64,000 bases of DNA from NCBI GenBank assembly GCA_000708835.1, contig DF237330.1:26261-90260 (forward strand). The letters run 5' to 3'. How positions within the stretch are numbered: position 1 is the stretch's first letter; every line of letters begins with the position of its first letter. This DNA is from Klebsormidium nitens. Taxonomy: Eukaryota > Plantae > Klebsormidiophyceae. The translations under genes and the position numbers were made by a program. The notes below the pieces were generated by a model. The model ran no database searches and had not been told where the DNA came from. It saw nothing but the letters and a program-made list of their open reading frames with translations. Of this stretch, positions 1-26,035 are shown in pieces.

Positions 1-384
1 CATGCCCATGCGGCCACAGCGGGCTCATTGGATAGTCAGATTCACATCCGGAGACCGTTGGAAGCAAGCCCGCCTCTCAAAACACAGGGTACTAACGTAC
101 GGTGGGTATTTCCAGATCAGAAAAAATCGCATACGTCAAATCCAAGCGCAAACGTTGGACACCCAGACTCAGGTAAGTAGGCAGATTCTGGGCAACGAGA
201 TGGCTGCGCAAGAGGGACCAAAAAGCAACCGTTATAGGGGTTGCCGTGCACATCTTTTCTCCAGCTTCACACGCAAGCTGAGCAGCGGGATTTTATCCAA
301 AAGACGACAAACTCTAATCAATCCAATACATATCATTGGGTCATGCATGTGCCGTCTTCTATTGAAGTGAGCAATCCGGTGACG

Positions 385-13362
<12,978 letters not shown>

Positions 13363-13399
13363 TTTGCTGGCCGGTGGAATATGCAAATAAGCAGGTGCT

Positions 13400-14321
13400 T
13401 GCGGAAGATTCTGAAAGAAAGTGCTTGGTGTTCTCGAGCAACCTCTATTTGATCCTCTGCCAAGGAAGGAAGAGCAGAGACGTATGGAGCTGGGAAGATA
13501 CTGTCCGGTGATCACAAAGTCTCGGTGCAAGATGCAATGCTGCCAAACCGTGGAAGTAGAGCACCTTGTGCAACGCGTCGTGATTGCTGCAAACTCAAAA
13601 AGCTGCGCCGCAACCTTCATGGGGTCATCATAAGGCACCAGATTTGCAAAGGATCTGTGCGGTCTTGACAACCAATTCTTCGCTATTGGCCTGCTGTAGG
13701 CTTTCTAAGATACACAGACACGACTGGACCTCGAACAAGAGTCAATGGATGGGGACTGCCGCCATTGCACAGGGAGGCCGCCTAGGAGCTTACAACAGGC
13801 ATCAGAACCAGCACTTCTCAAGCGCTTTCAAAAACTTGCCGAGCTTTTCTACATGTCCACCCAAGCTGCGCACACCTGCACTCACTGCCTCAGGAGTCAG
13901 GCTACGTACAGGGTTTGGAATTTAAAGGAAAGCATTCAAAACGCATGGCGCGAAAAGTTGATCTGGCAAAGCCAGCCTCAAAAGCCAGCGCGCGCGTGAC
14001 ACGAGGCATTGGACTAGGAGAATCGCGTTCCGGTCCAGATCGCGGATCCTGTTCTCAACCGGAATGATCTTCCTCTTGAGCCTCGACTCGAGAGCTCAAG
14101 AGCTACCTAGGTCCTGGGTAGATGGAGGAGGAGAGCGCCTGGCGCACTGTCTGGTGCAATAAGAATGGCGGACTCTGCAGCCTTTCGAAACAGCAAGTAC
14201 GGGAGGGATGAATGTGAGCAGCAAAGGTGTAATATGATGGATGTGCCCGGCATTCGGGGCGCCCCTTGATTATCGCGCCCGGTTGTGCTTAGGAACATAG
14301 ATTATTGCACGAAACTTAACC
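13400..14321. promoter_or_regulatory. Probable bidirectional promoter / 5' UTR region shared by RecQ and RSH1
   Basis: The two inferred ATGs diverge 960 bp apart. There is a CG-rich stretch at ~13950-14110 and a minus-strand acceptor-like ctttctttcag near 13410, suggesting a RecQ 5' UTR intron. The TSSs are not determined. Confidence 0.5.
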
Positions 14322-17300
14322 ATGGCCAACTCTAGCATGTTGGGATGCCTCCGCTCGACTGGTGAAAGTAAGTTGTTTGCTTTTCCAAATTAATTCTCCT
14401 TGTTGTGTAGTGATGTTTCTAACCATTTTGAGACAGCAGCTCAGGTTGTGTCCATCCCTGCGTTTGAATATAGCTTCTCATATCAAGTCCTCGCTACCAT
14501 GCTTAGAAACACATGCCCACAGTCACATTCTGTTTGGCATGGATGCCTTCTGGTGCTACCTCTTCCTCCCGCAAGCAGGCGGAAAGACTCTGTGGCCTGC
14601 ATCAGAATGATCCTGCTGTGATCGGCTCGCTTGGGTTGTCTACATTGGTAGCTGATTACCACTTGCTGTTTTTCGTAAAAAGGCTGCTGTTGATCATGCA
14701 ACTGCAGAGCGGTGTCATCATGGAGAGCCGGATTCCAGTTGTCAGTAGCTCTCAAGGCGGCTTGGACTCTCAAGCCGCAGCTTAAGTGTTGTTCACAAAT
14801 AAAGCACCCCGGCAAAGCCAGGGATTCTGAGCTTATTCCGGGATCAAAAGTACTTGATCCCATCAAGTTGTGTCAACCCCGGATTTCGTTCGAGTTTGTC
14901 TTCATATACATGCCACAAACCTGATTGAAGATGGTCAACAATCTGCTTCTAGGGCACATTGCAGTTCCACTCTATCGTTTGTAGGTTCTTGACACGTACG
15001 AGGTTCTTAAACACTTTGGGCTGGTCTCAGCAGTTTGTATGTATTCCTCGGTTAGTGGCCTACCGTATTCAGGTCTTTCACACTTTGTGGTTTGGCGGAG
15101 CTCACCCGAACCAGCTCCTGGTTCCGAGCGTGTTGCTGAAAATCATAGCCGAACTCTCGCTCAACTCTGTGCTTGTTTCCGCAGATTTCCTGGGCAATGC
15201 CGTCTCTCCAGAGCCTCTAAGTGCCCCTTGGCAGCCACACGTGTCCAGATTCATCAGGGCCCTCTGCAGGAACTCTGAACCGTCCACACGCAGATGGCAG
15301 AGGCAGGTCGTTGCAGCTGCTCAAAGCAAGCAGCAATGGGTAGAATCCCGCTTTTCCGGAGGCTTAGATTTGTTTGGAATCAGTAGAGAGGCTATCGGCA
15401 ACAATGAGGGGGCGTTGGGGTTCAGAATAGGTCGGGGGCTGTTGGTCTGCAGCGCAGCCCGGGGGTCGGGGCTACAGGACGCTCCTCCGGCAGTCACTCC
15501 GCAAACGCTTTGGCAGGTGAGGGTTTTCATGGGGCGGTGACCCCAAAGTCACGGATTGAAGCTACATGGTTATGTTCATCTGAACCTAGTTGGATCGAAA
15601 GTGTGGGTTTCTTGTTTTTCGGCTTCCCCTCAAGCGACCGGGCTGCATTCAGTCAGAAAATCATGAGGGGGGCTTTCCTGCAATGTGCTGGTGCAATGCG
15701 CAGGTGCACTGCGTTTGGGCGACACGTTTTGTTGACCGGCAAGCAATGGATCCAATGCCAAATTGCCTTTGAAACTTATGCATCCTCCAGTTGAACAGAC
15801 ACCTCAAAGGGTCTCAGCCATTTGGTGTCATCAAGCACGCACGCTTGCGAACAGCATTCTGACCATCTGACTGATTCACATGCTTCATTATGGCGCTTTC
15901 AATCTGCAAGATGGCGCCTTCTCCCCACAACTCGTGAAATAGCGATCCCCCCTGTCTCGCACAACCTCTTCTTACTTCCCCTCACTTCCTCCCACGCTGA
16001 CATCACCACGGTTGGTCGGTGACATCATCCAAATGTCGCAATGCTGCGCAGGGCCTGAAACCAACGGTCTCTTACCTTTCCGACTACGAGCTCGATAGAG
16101 TGGAGGAGGGGCTCAAGGTGCGCAAATCACCTGTCTACTTTCTGCTTGGGTTTCACCACTTGTCCTCCTTGTATCTGACTATACGGCTGGAAGATTTTGT
16201 TTCTGTATCTGCTGCAGTGAGGATTGAGTTTGTTTCATCCCACTGACGCCTTCTGTTTGTCATTGAACGGAGTCCACCTTGGTTGGGAACAGCAAACCTG
16301 CTCTTCGTTTCCTCAATATTTGACATATTTGTCAGTCTTGCTTCTAGTAGCCCATGCAACCTAACTTCGGGGTCCTTGTCTTTTCTCACTGTCCCTTATC
16401 ACGTCTATCTGTGTGCGTACAAACAACAATCTGGCCCGCGTGCTTTTGGATCAGTTGTGCCAGCTTTGGCTGCTTTCCCTACCTTCCGTACGATTCATAT
16501 TTGTCCATGGCATGCCCGTGACATGGCAGGAAGTGTGTTGCAGGTTGCTTTTGACGCCCACGACGGGCAGCGGAGAAAGAGCGGCGAGCCGTACATCATC
16601 CACCCTGTTGCCGTTGCGGAGATCCTAGGACAAATGGTAAGCTCGCCATGTGTGCTTGGATTGCAACTTCAGTAGATTGATTTGGAGGAAGGAATTTACG
16701 CACATTTGCAGCATGAGCCCTCTTGAAGATCTCTGCGTCCCCTGGTTGTCAGCACTGTATGCCACAATGATGAGGGTTGGGGTTCAATGTTGAGGAAGTG
16801 AGTGTCGTGAGTACCTACGTTTTTGCGCTGAACATGTAACTGTCAGTCTGCAAGGCCCCACCCAAATAAGTTGTATCCATAGGGTGCGAACCAGCCGAAC
16901 ATAACAAAGTTCGAGTGGAGGAAAGCTCCATCTCGGTCACTGCTGAGTCTTACCACCCAGCACGAGGCGAGTCGATTTCGCACTTGTATAATGGGGTGGA
17001 TTCTTTTGGTGTTGAGCTGGAAATCACTTTATCTCCCCCTCTTTTTCCGCAGCAAATGGACTGCGAAACGATTATTGCCGGCCTGCTCCACGACACCGTC
17101 GAAGACACCGACGCCGTCACTTTCGAGTCGATCGAGCGGCAGTTCGGGGCGGGGGTGCGGCGCATCGTGGAGGGGGAAACGAAGGTGTCGAAGCTGGGCA
17201 AGATTCAGCGGCCGAAGGAAGGAGCGCCCCCGCAGGACGTCAAGGCGGAGGACCTGCGCAGCCTCTTCTGCACGATGACCCAGGAGGTGGGGGCCTCTCT

Positions 17301-20300
17301 GGAGGTGTCTGTTTGACGAGAATTCTCGGTGGATACCTTTAGTGAGACGATTTGTGATGTTTCTTGTTTGTCCTTCGTGTCAATTGCTGCCACGGGCAGG
17401 GTCCTGCAGTCTGATACGATGTTGGTGAGGGAGGTTTAGAATGGTGGGTTTTTGTGGGTAGCAATCTTGTCGCTTGGCCGGGGCTCGGGTGTTTGCCTGC
17501 TAAACTTCCAACTCCTCAAGTCCTGCCAGGATTGTCTAGGTCTGAGGTTCGTTTGCATCCATACCGGACTACCGTCTTGAAAATGTGCCAAGAGAAGGTC
17601 GGTGTTAAAAAGCCATTTATATAGGAGGGAAATCAAGGGCAAACTGCTGCGGAGGCTTCTTCAATTGTGTCAAGACACTTCTCCCGGACAATAACGGTCT
17701 CGTTTGACACAAGGTCTGATGCAGATTCCTGTTCCACACAGGTCCGCATCATCATCGTCAAACTAGCAGATAGATTGCACAACATGCGGACTCTGAGCCA
17801 CATGCCTCCGCACAAACAGGTGGGTGCAATCCTCCACAAGCTTTTGATCTCATTGCCGGTGTTTGCCAAACAACGGCTCTCGAGGAACGTTTAGATTAAA
17901 GTCAGCCGGACTGACTAAGCTCAAGACATGTTTCGGGACTCTGTCTTTTTCAATACGCAACAGGGTTTAAAGCAGTAGTACAGGAGACAAGAAGTTGCCA
18001 AGGAGGTTTTGAAAGTCCCTCTTTCTTTGATGCAACCAGGGGGTGAGATCCACTTTCGGCTCAATGTTGAATGGATTAGCGCCAGTCAGCGATTCTCACC
18101 TGTTCTGTCCCCAACGCAGCACTACTTTGTGACGTAGGATGTCTGCCCTGTGTGCTACAACGCATGCTGCAGACCCGCTCACTTTCCCTTGCAGCATCAC
18201 ATCGCCGACGAGACGCTGCGCGTGTTGGTTCCCCTGCTTTCGGTCATGCGGCGTCTGTTATATTCCTTTAAGAATGCTAACCCGCCTGGGATACAAAACA
18301 CAGTACTCACCTAATGTTGGAGCGATACTCCTCTCAGCCCTTCCTATGACTGCTGCATCATTACAGTACGTTGCTTACACTCTCGCTCTATCCTGTAGCA
18401 CTACATCGCCGACGAGACGCTGCGCGCTTTTGCCCCCCTCGCATGTCTTCCGGGCATGTACCGATCAGGAGCGAGTTGAAAAGGAGTTGTCATTCCTCAA
18501 CACTAATTGTACGGGCATAAAGCAGGAACTGCTTGGATGTTCTCAAACTTTAACCTCCTCCGCAGCCATACATCGCCAACGAGGCGCTGCGCGTGTTTGC
18601 TTCGTCGCGCGCCTTCTGGGCATGTACCTCATCAAGAGCGAGCTGGAGGAGATGTCATTCCTCAGCACTAATTGTGACCTGCACAATCGCAGAAAAGACA
18701 ATTGATGTATGTTCTAACATTCCAACTTTTTCCCACAGCACTACATCGCCGACGAGACGCTGCGTGTGTTCGCCCCCCTGGCGCGGCTCCTGGGCATGTA
18801 CCGCATATTGAGCGAGCTGCAGGAGCTGTCGTTCGTGAATACTAATAGTGACCTGCTGTTTACATGTTTTCACCTTATCGACTTTCCCCCGCAGCACTAT
18901 ATCGCCGACGAGACGCTGCGCGTGTTCGCCCCCCTGGCGCGGCTCCTGGGCATGTACCGCATCAAGAGCGAGCTGGAGGAGCTGTCGTTCATGTACAGCG
19001 CGCCGCAGCAGCACGCGCTCATCCGGCGCCGCATGGACGAGTTGCGCCGCCAGCAGGAGCCGGCCGTCGCCAAAGCCAAGCGGGATTTGGAGGACCGTCT
19101 CTCCAAGTGAGTCATTGAGCCTTTCTATTCTGCGCTTCCCTTTCTGGTGCATCCTGATTTGTTAATCCGCTCTTTCTTGCATAGAGTAGCAGTGCTACCA
19201 GCAGGAGTTGCTGGCGCCAAAGCCAAGCAGGGTCTGGAGGACAGCCCCTCTTAGTCACTTTCCAAGCCTCAGTCAAATCAATGTCTAGCGGGCCGAATTT
19301 GTCGACCAATTAGTACAGGACTGTTCTGAGCCTTTCAATGTGGGATGGAATAGACCGTTCACCCCAAATGGAGGGTTGAAGTCTCTGGCGGGCTTGCTGG
19401 ACTCTTCCATAAGGATGTCACGCTAGTCGTTTGAGGACTTGAAAGGTCGACGTTTGGGATATAGCGGCGTGGTGGGCTCCCGATGCTGGATCTTGGAATT
19501 GTTGGCAGTGACTGCACTGCTTTCTGGATCCGTTAGCTTCAAGGCAGGTTAGTTTCTCAGAAAAGGTTTCATACATCCGGCCAGTCCGAGCATTGCAGTT
19601 TGAACTTTCCGTCACCTTGCTTCAACTTTATTCTCGTTGAAACAGCCGGCCTGATACCTCTTCATTGCCTGCCGAAATTGTAAGCAAGTCGGTGGTTGAC
19701 TGTGCTGTCGAATCGTTGCAGGGATGCGTGCCTGTGTTTGACGCACAGCTTCCGGGTTGAAACGCTGTGCAAGGAAGCCTACAGCATCTACAAGAAAGTC
19801 AAAGCGAGCGGGTGCGAGATCGAGGACGTCTGCAACATTGCCCAGGTGAGGAAACAGTGATGACGGCCCCACCATCTGTTATGCACTGGCGTGATTATAG
19901 CGTAAGAATTGTAAGAATTGGAAGAATTGTAAGAGAATGCGCATGTTTGCATCTGTAGTGTAGTGTAGGAAAAAGGGCTTTTGTTGCAAACGCTATGCGG
20001 TGCCAAAAAGAATCGATGAGCGGCGGTATCCAGACACTGCTTACTTGGAGCCAAGGCCGTGGTCCGTTGACGTTTATTCCCACTCTGCGCGATTAAATGC
20101 GCTGATAGTCGCATTGTTCCTCCATGTATGAAGTCCTAAAAACCTCATAGACCGCATCACCTCTGGGTCCCATTCTGAGTCTGCAATAGGACTTTCGCAA
20201 CTCAAGCGCTATTCCGTCCTGCAGTTGCGCATCATTCTGGAGCCCAAACCGGTAGCCAGCTGAGCCTCGCCCCACCTGGCGCGACGTTCATTGATCTGCA

Positions 20301-23300
20301 TTCCTGCTGTGACTGAACTGCGAGAATTGGTGTTCTCGAAGTCTCGTCACTTCTCTTTCCAATTTCAGGCTTAGACCAATCGCTTCAATTTCATCCCGCA
20401 GTTGCGTATCATTCTGGAGCCCAAACCGATAGCTCAGCTGAGCCTCGCCCCACCGGGCGCAACGTTCACCGATCAGCAGCTGTGCTACCACGTGTTGGGA
20501 CTGATCCACAAGATGTGGACACCTGTCCCTGGTGCGGTGAAGGATTACATCGCCACCGCGAAACCCAATGGGTACCGGAGCCTGCACACGACGCTCCTGC
20601 CGCTGGGGGCCAAGCCGTTGATTCCGCTAGAGGTGCAGGTAAGATTGTTCTGGTTGCTTACAAAATGCTCAGTTTTGTTGAAGCTCGCTGGTTTACGATA
20701 GTCTTCGGACGGGTTCCTGAGAGGGAGAATCCGACGGTTACAAGGAGCCTGCACACAACGCTGCTGCCACGCCGTTGATTCCGCTGAAGGTGCAGGTAAG
20801 ACTCTTCTGCTCCTTTCCTCCTGCCTGCCTGAAGTGTGACTGGTTTAAGTCCGTCTAAAGACCCGAAGGACGCGAGGTTAGAGCTCAGAGGGTATGGGAG
20901 CTTAAACAGGATGCTCCTGCCGCTAGGGGCAACGCCGTTGATTCCGCTTAAGGTGCAGGTAGGTTTCCTTTCACTGTCGTCAAGGTCGGCAAGTCTTTTA
21001 AAGTATTCTAAGGAAATTCTAAAAAATCACGATGTAGGAAAGGTCAACCGCTATTTGAGGGCTGCCGACCGGGCTGCTCATCAGCGCTGATTGTGTTCGC
21101 AGCTTCAAGTAAAAAACGCCACGACGTCCTTGATCTCCGTAAGCTTCCTTGAATGTGTTGCTACTGTTGGCAGTGTGCAAACCGAGAAGCTTTTGCAGGC
21201 TTAGGAAGCCTAATAGACACCAAACAGTGTACTTTGTGCTTTCGAGCCCGTGGTAACTTGTTTGGTCGGTCGGCCCTATGATATTCGTGCCACCATGCAG
21301 ATCCGGACCGCCGATATGGACCGTGTTGCGGAGTGGGGCGACCACTGTCGAGCGGGCGGCGGCGGCCTGGTGTATACGGAAGCCAGTACTTCAGAAAGCT
21401 CGGAGGACGGTGAGTCTTTTGAGTTCATTTTGCATCGTTCCTTCTCAGAATCTGCAGGTTTCCTTCGTTTTGGCTTGGGCTGCTATGAACGAATATGCTG
21501 GCTCACCGCAGGAGCCATGTTAATAGAGTGCAACACCTCCGTTGTTTGAAGGACTCTACTCTTGTGATGTCAATCTTCTAGCGGAGCTCGACCAGATCCG
21601 GCCAATCTCTTTGATGCTAAAGCGTCCAATCCTTACCTAAAAGATATCGTTCACGGCAATACCTCGTTCCGCCAAAGTTGTGCCCGGCTGGGGTCTCTGC
21701 CCTGCCATCGAATAATGTACCTTGCCTTTATTGAATCGAACATCTTTGAGAAACTAGTTCGTGAAACACAGCAGGTGGGCACCACTCTGTGCCTCACCCA
21801 GTCTATCAAACAACGTTCTCACTCGCTCCAATGTCTCCCCCCATGCCTTCTTAAAATCCAGACATCTATGCAGGACCTCTTTGTGGTTTCCCGGGTATCT
21901 GCATCAGCAGTTTCCAAAATGGCCCGACTCTCCCACTGGCCGCCAAAAAAACCTCGGTTTCTCAGGGGCGATTATCCATTTAGTTTCTTTCTTCCTTTGT
22001 TTTGCACAGGTAACTGCAACGGAAACTCCCTCTACGGCCCCACTCTCCGCCTCGCCCGCAGCCGCGGTCCGGGTCTCGCGAACGAAGAAATAAAACGGCG
22101 TATGAAGTGGCTCGACTCGATCCGGGAGTGGCAAGAGGAGTTCGTCGGCAACATGACCGCGCGCGAGTTTGTGGATACCATTACTGGGGACCTGTTTAGC
22201 AGCCGCGTGTTTGTGTTTTCGACCAGCGGGGAGCCGCTGAACCTGCCGAAGGGGGCGACGGTGATCGACTACGCATACCAGAAGGATACGCAGATGGCGA
22301 ATAGGATGGTCGGAGCGAAGGTGAGGGCGTGCGATGTTCCTGTTCTCGCTTTGCTTCAATGCGGCAAAGCCAGCTTGGGCTGAGATATACCACAATTTTT
22401 GAAGTACCTGATAGGGGGGGTGACGAGGATTGACTACGCGCAAAAAGAGGATATGCAGAGGGCGAACCGGATGGTCGGCGTGAAGGTGAGGGCGTGCGTT
22501 TTTTTGGGTCTGTTCGCTCTGCTGTGCCATAGTCAACTGGGCTTGCTTATGTTGCATTTTCCAAATTGAGCATCGGCAAAAACTACACGTACCAAAAGCA
22601 TACGCAGATGGCCAACAGGATGGTAGGCGCAACGGTGAGGACGTGCATTGTGTCTATTCTCGCTTCGCTTCGCTGTGCCAAAGCCTGCTTGGGCTAGGGT
22701 ATACCACGTTTTCCGGATTCCGGATAACCTGATAGTGGGAATGAGGGAATGAATACGCGTGTTCAGAGAATACGCAGATGGCGAAGGGGATGGTGGGAGC
22801 AAAGGTGAGGGCATGCGATGTGTCCGGTTTGTTCCCGCTTTCAAGCTGCCCTGGCTTCTGTTGCATTTTCCGAGTCGAGGACCAGCGATAGTGGGGGCCA
22901 CGCTGACTCACTTGGGCGTACTAAAACGATGAGCAGATTGCGAACAGGATGGTTGGAGCGAAGGTGAGGGCGTGTGTTGTCCGTTCTCGCTTCGACCTGC
23001 CGCAGTTTATGCTGCATTTCTCGAAGCCCAGACTGGCGGGTAGGGGGTGCTATTTGACGCATGTGGTGTTTGTTTTTCCCTAGGAAGTGTCACCGTAATC
23101 AACGCAGAAGTTGGTCCAGAGACGGTGGGATCACAAGTTCAGCGAGGAAGTGTTCTTGATGTACCGATCTTTCATTTGCTTCCGGAGTTTGAACAGCTTA
23201 GGAAACAGCAGATTCCACTTGACCCTTTGGGGTCTTCTGTCTAGTGGCCTGTACAATGAATGTTACGAAAGCTAAACCAACCAATCGCTTGTGACGCGAA

Positions 23301-26035
23301 TTGAAAGCTCTTTTCAATAACGTACTTCTTTTCATCTTGCGAAGCTCGTACTTCTCGTTATAACTGGAGAATGAGTCCCCATGAGAACTTCTTAAGTCTA
23401 GGAAGCCCCTTTATGGAGCATACGGCACTATGAGAAGGACCAGGTTGAAGCAAGTAACTCTTTATGCAGCGAAAAGCTTTTTGACCAACATGTCATCCCG
23501 TCTCCAGGTAAACGGGAACAGCGTCCCCGTAAAAACGGTCCTTTGCAATGCCGACGTCGTTGAGATCCTGGAGTACGAGGGCGACAAGCGAAAGGCCTTC
23601 CGCCGACATCAGCAGTGGCTAAAGGACGCCAGAACGCGCAGCGCCCGGCACAAGCTGACGAAATACCTGCGCGAGACGGGCGTCACGCTCGGGGAGGAGT
23701 TAACCGGGGACTTGGTTAAGGAGTTTGTGTTAGAAGACGGGGCGGGGTCGTGGTCCGAACTGGTCGAGAGCAGCTCGTCCGGGGAAGACTCGGACGGCGT
23801 CTCGGACGGTGTGAAAAGGCGCGGGGCCGGTGTGAACGGGCACGGGGTGGAGTCGTTCGACACGCAGATAGACGAGGAGGAGAAACGGCTGCTCGCGCAA
23901 CGGATCGAAGAGGAGGAACGGCGGGTTAATGAACGGTTAGCGAGCAACGGGGCCGCATCCCCAAGCTCGAACGGGCGGGTTAAGGTAAACGGGTTTGCGC
24001 GGCCCGGGGGATCCCCCAAAGGAGAAAACGAAGCGGAAAACGAGGCGGGGGTGGTGTTCCGGGGGCATCAGCACCGGCAGCTGACGCAGTGGCACGAAGA
24101 GGGGGAGGCGAGCGTGATGTGGTTGGACGTCCGGTGTATGGACCGAAAAGGTGAGCCGCCTGCTTTTATCTGGTCGGCGAACGAGACCCGGTTCACAAAG
24201 AAAGGACCCGTTAGCATTGTCGATTGGCGAGACTCGGTCTGAAAAGGAAGGACCCGAGATTGTCAAGTGAGCGCCCGCTTGCATTCGGCGGAGAGGTCGT
24301 ACCGTAAGCTTGAATACCTGGATGTCAGGATTGCAGTTTTGTGTCTGCATGTAGTCCAGAAACTTAAAAGAAAGCTCAAGCGAGACCCGGGTGTCGGTGC
24401 TGAGAATAGAACCGCCGATCACGTATGAGCTTCTCAATGTGGACGTCTGCAAGCAAGACTGAAGCTTGCATGATTTTGTGTGTATGAAGTTCTGATGAAC
24501 TTACTGAAAGGTGGACTTGTCTGTCCATATTTTTACGACAAAAGAAGCACGAGTTACCTGCCTTAAGATCTGGTTGGGAAACGGAGGCCTATACGCAGGG
24601 GTTTCTTCTGCTATTCGAAAGAGTCTTCTGCTGTGCAGTAATTCTCCTCCCACCATCTTCCATTGTTTGCCCAAGTGCAAGCTTCGAACTCCGACCCCTT
24701 TTGATCCTTGCTCCCAGTCCCTAGTAGGATGAGCTTCACTTAAAGGGACGCGATAGTGGGTTCCCTCCCTGGCTGCAGCTCATCGAGCTTTTCTCTTTCT
24801 GAAAGATTGTCGTCAATGCAGTAGAGGCAGAACCATATCCAGGTTAAGTCTTCAAACCCTATCCATCACTCCGGAGGCCCTGAAATTGAAAGCCGCAATT
24901 CTCATCAATCACGACCGCAGTATTTGTCTGCGGCTCATGAAGGTTGACTTATTCTGGCCACAGGTCTTCTAGCGGACGTTTCTCAGATCCTGTCCGCATC
25001 CGGGTTCAGCATCAAATCCTACACCGGGCACACCGTCCGGGGGTACGGGATGATGCTGTTTGGGATCGAGCTGGAGGTCAGCCAGCAAACCAACGTGGAC
25101 AAGATGGTAAGCGCTTCTGTTCTCTAGGGTTTTGCCCTCAGGAGGGGTCGTCGGGGCCCGATTTTGTAGCGACACTTTTGCAGCATTTAGTGTCTGGTTT
25201 TTTGCCGCTGACGTCCAATTTGTGTCAAAACCAAGCCGTTGCCCTCATGTCCCTAACGGAAGGGTTATGCATCACTGATGCCCCGTGAATAGCCAACACA
25301 GAACTCTGTTGCTTGGGTTTGAGGTGGAGGTTTACCGGCACACCAACGTGACCACTATGGTTAGCGCTTGAGCGCTTGAGTCCTATTCTCAACACTTGTG
25401 TTTGTTTGGTCGCTAAGCCAGCGAATCTAGTACCCAACAGACAACTCTAACGTGGCCAAACCGGTACGCGATCAAGGCTATCATTGATTGCATTAGTTGT
25501 CGTACCTTTAAGGACGCTGTCTGTTTTGAGCCCGGAGGGTACCCACCGATGGTTCATTGGAAACGAAACGGTGAACGTCGAGTCCATTCCTGGACCCCGT
25601 TTTAGTTTCTGCGTTTGGGTTTGGGATGCAGCTTTGCCCGCAAAGTAATGGGAATCTCTGGTTTTGAATCTTGCTCTCTGCTTTTGCACTGGAGAGGAAA
25701 GTGCGAAACAGAAATAAGTGGTAAATCTCCACAAATCCCTCGTAGTTCCAGGTTGTACTGTATCTGCTTGATGGAATTTTTGGTAGGCATGCCCCCAAAG
25801 GGCTTAAGACGGTATGCTTGGTATGGTCAAAATGGTTGAAAGCACCTCATTGCTCGCAGTGGCCGGATTCGTGCAGAATTTTGCATCCTGGTTGGTCACC
25901 CGAAAGATCCTCACATTGTGGCAACTCCTTCCGCAGGCGACTGTGCTACAAGAAGTTCTGAGGGTCCAAAATGTGACCGGTTGGTACATCGGTTGCACGC
26001 TACGGCAAGCCTCGTTGATGTCGAAGAGCAAGTAG
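14322..26035 (+). CDS. RSH1: Plant RSH1-type RelA/SpoT homolog ((p)ppGpp hydrolase HD, synthetase-like, TGS, ACT), probably plastid-targeted; 14 exons, ~908 aa
   Basis: Exons: 14322-14367 (tentative), 15185-15516, 16052-16117, 16544-16636, 17053-17286, 17742-17819, 18895-19106, 19722-19845, 20402-20638, 21301-21409, 22010-22320, 23508-24150, 24964-25106, 25937-26035; phases are consistent (2727 nt). Motifs: AFDAHDGQRRKSGEPYIIHP, GLLHDTVED, VKLADRLHNMRTL, KPNGYRSLHT, EVQIRT, the RSH1-clade signature WLDSIREWQEEFVGNMTAREFVDT, TGS LPKGATVIDYAY, ACT DRKGLLADVS. The N-terminus is Ser/Arg/Ala-rich, like a transit peptide. Confidence 0.93.
18190..19255 (+). repeat. Four upstream copies (acceptor + 5' exon) and one downstream copy (3' exon) of RSH1 exon 18895-19106
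   Basis: ag|c(a/c)(c/t)(t/c)acatcgcc(g/a)acgag(a/g)cgctgcg-like starts at 18195, 18399, 18566 and 18739 precede the true start at 18895. gccaaagccaagc-g-g-t-tggaggac is copied at ~19215-19242. Confidence 0.9.
20222..20965 (+). repeat. Copies of both ends of RSH1 exon 20402-20638 in the flanking introns
   Basis: Acceptor copy cag|ttgcgcatcattctggagcccaaacc at 20225. Donor copies ccgttgattccgct-aaggtgcag|GTA have GT at 20796 and 20959 (true GT at 20639). Confidence 0.85.
22420..22975 (+). repeat. Four copies of the 3' end and donor of the RSH1 TGS exon
   Basis: ...gcagatggc-aa-aggatggt-gg-gc-aag|GTGAGG recurs with GT at 22486, 22635, 22805 and 22964 (true GT at 22321). Confidence 0.88.

Noticed and set aside
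19900-19935. (taagaattg)n short repeat and (AT)6 at 45741-45752
   Set aside because: Ordinary microsatellites; the AT run could act as a TATA element, but this cannot be supported.
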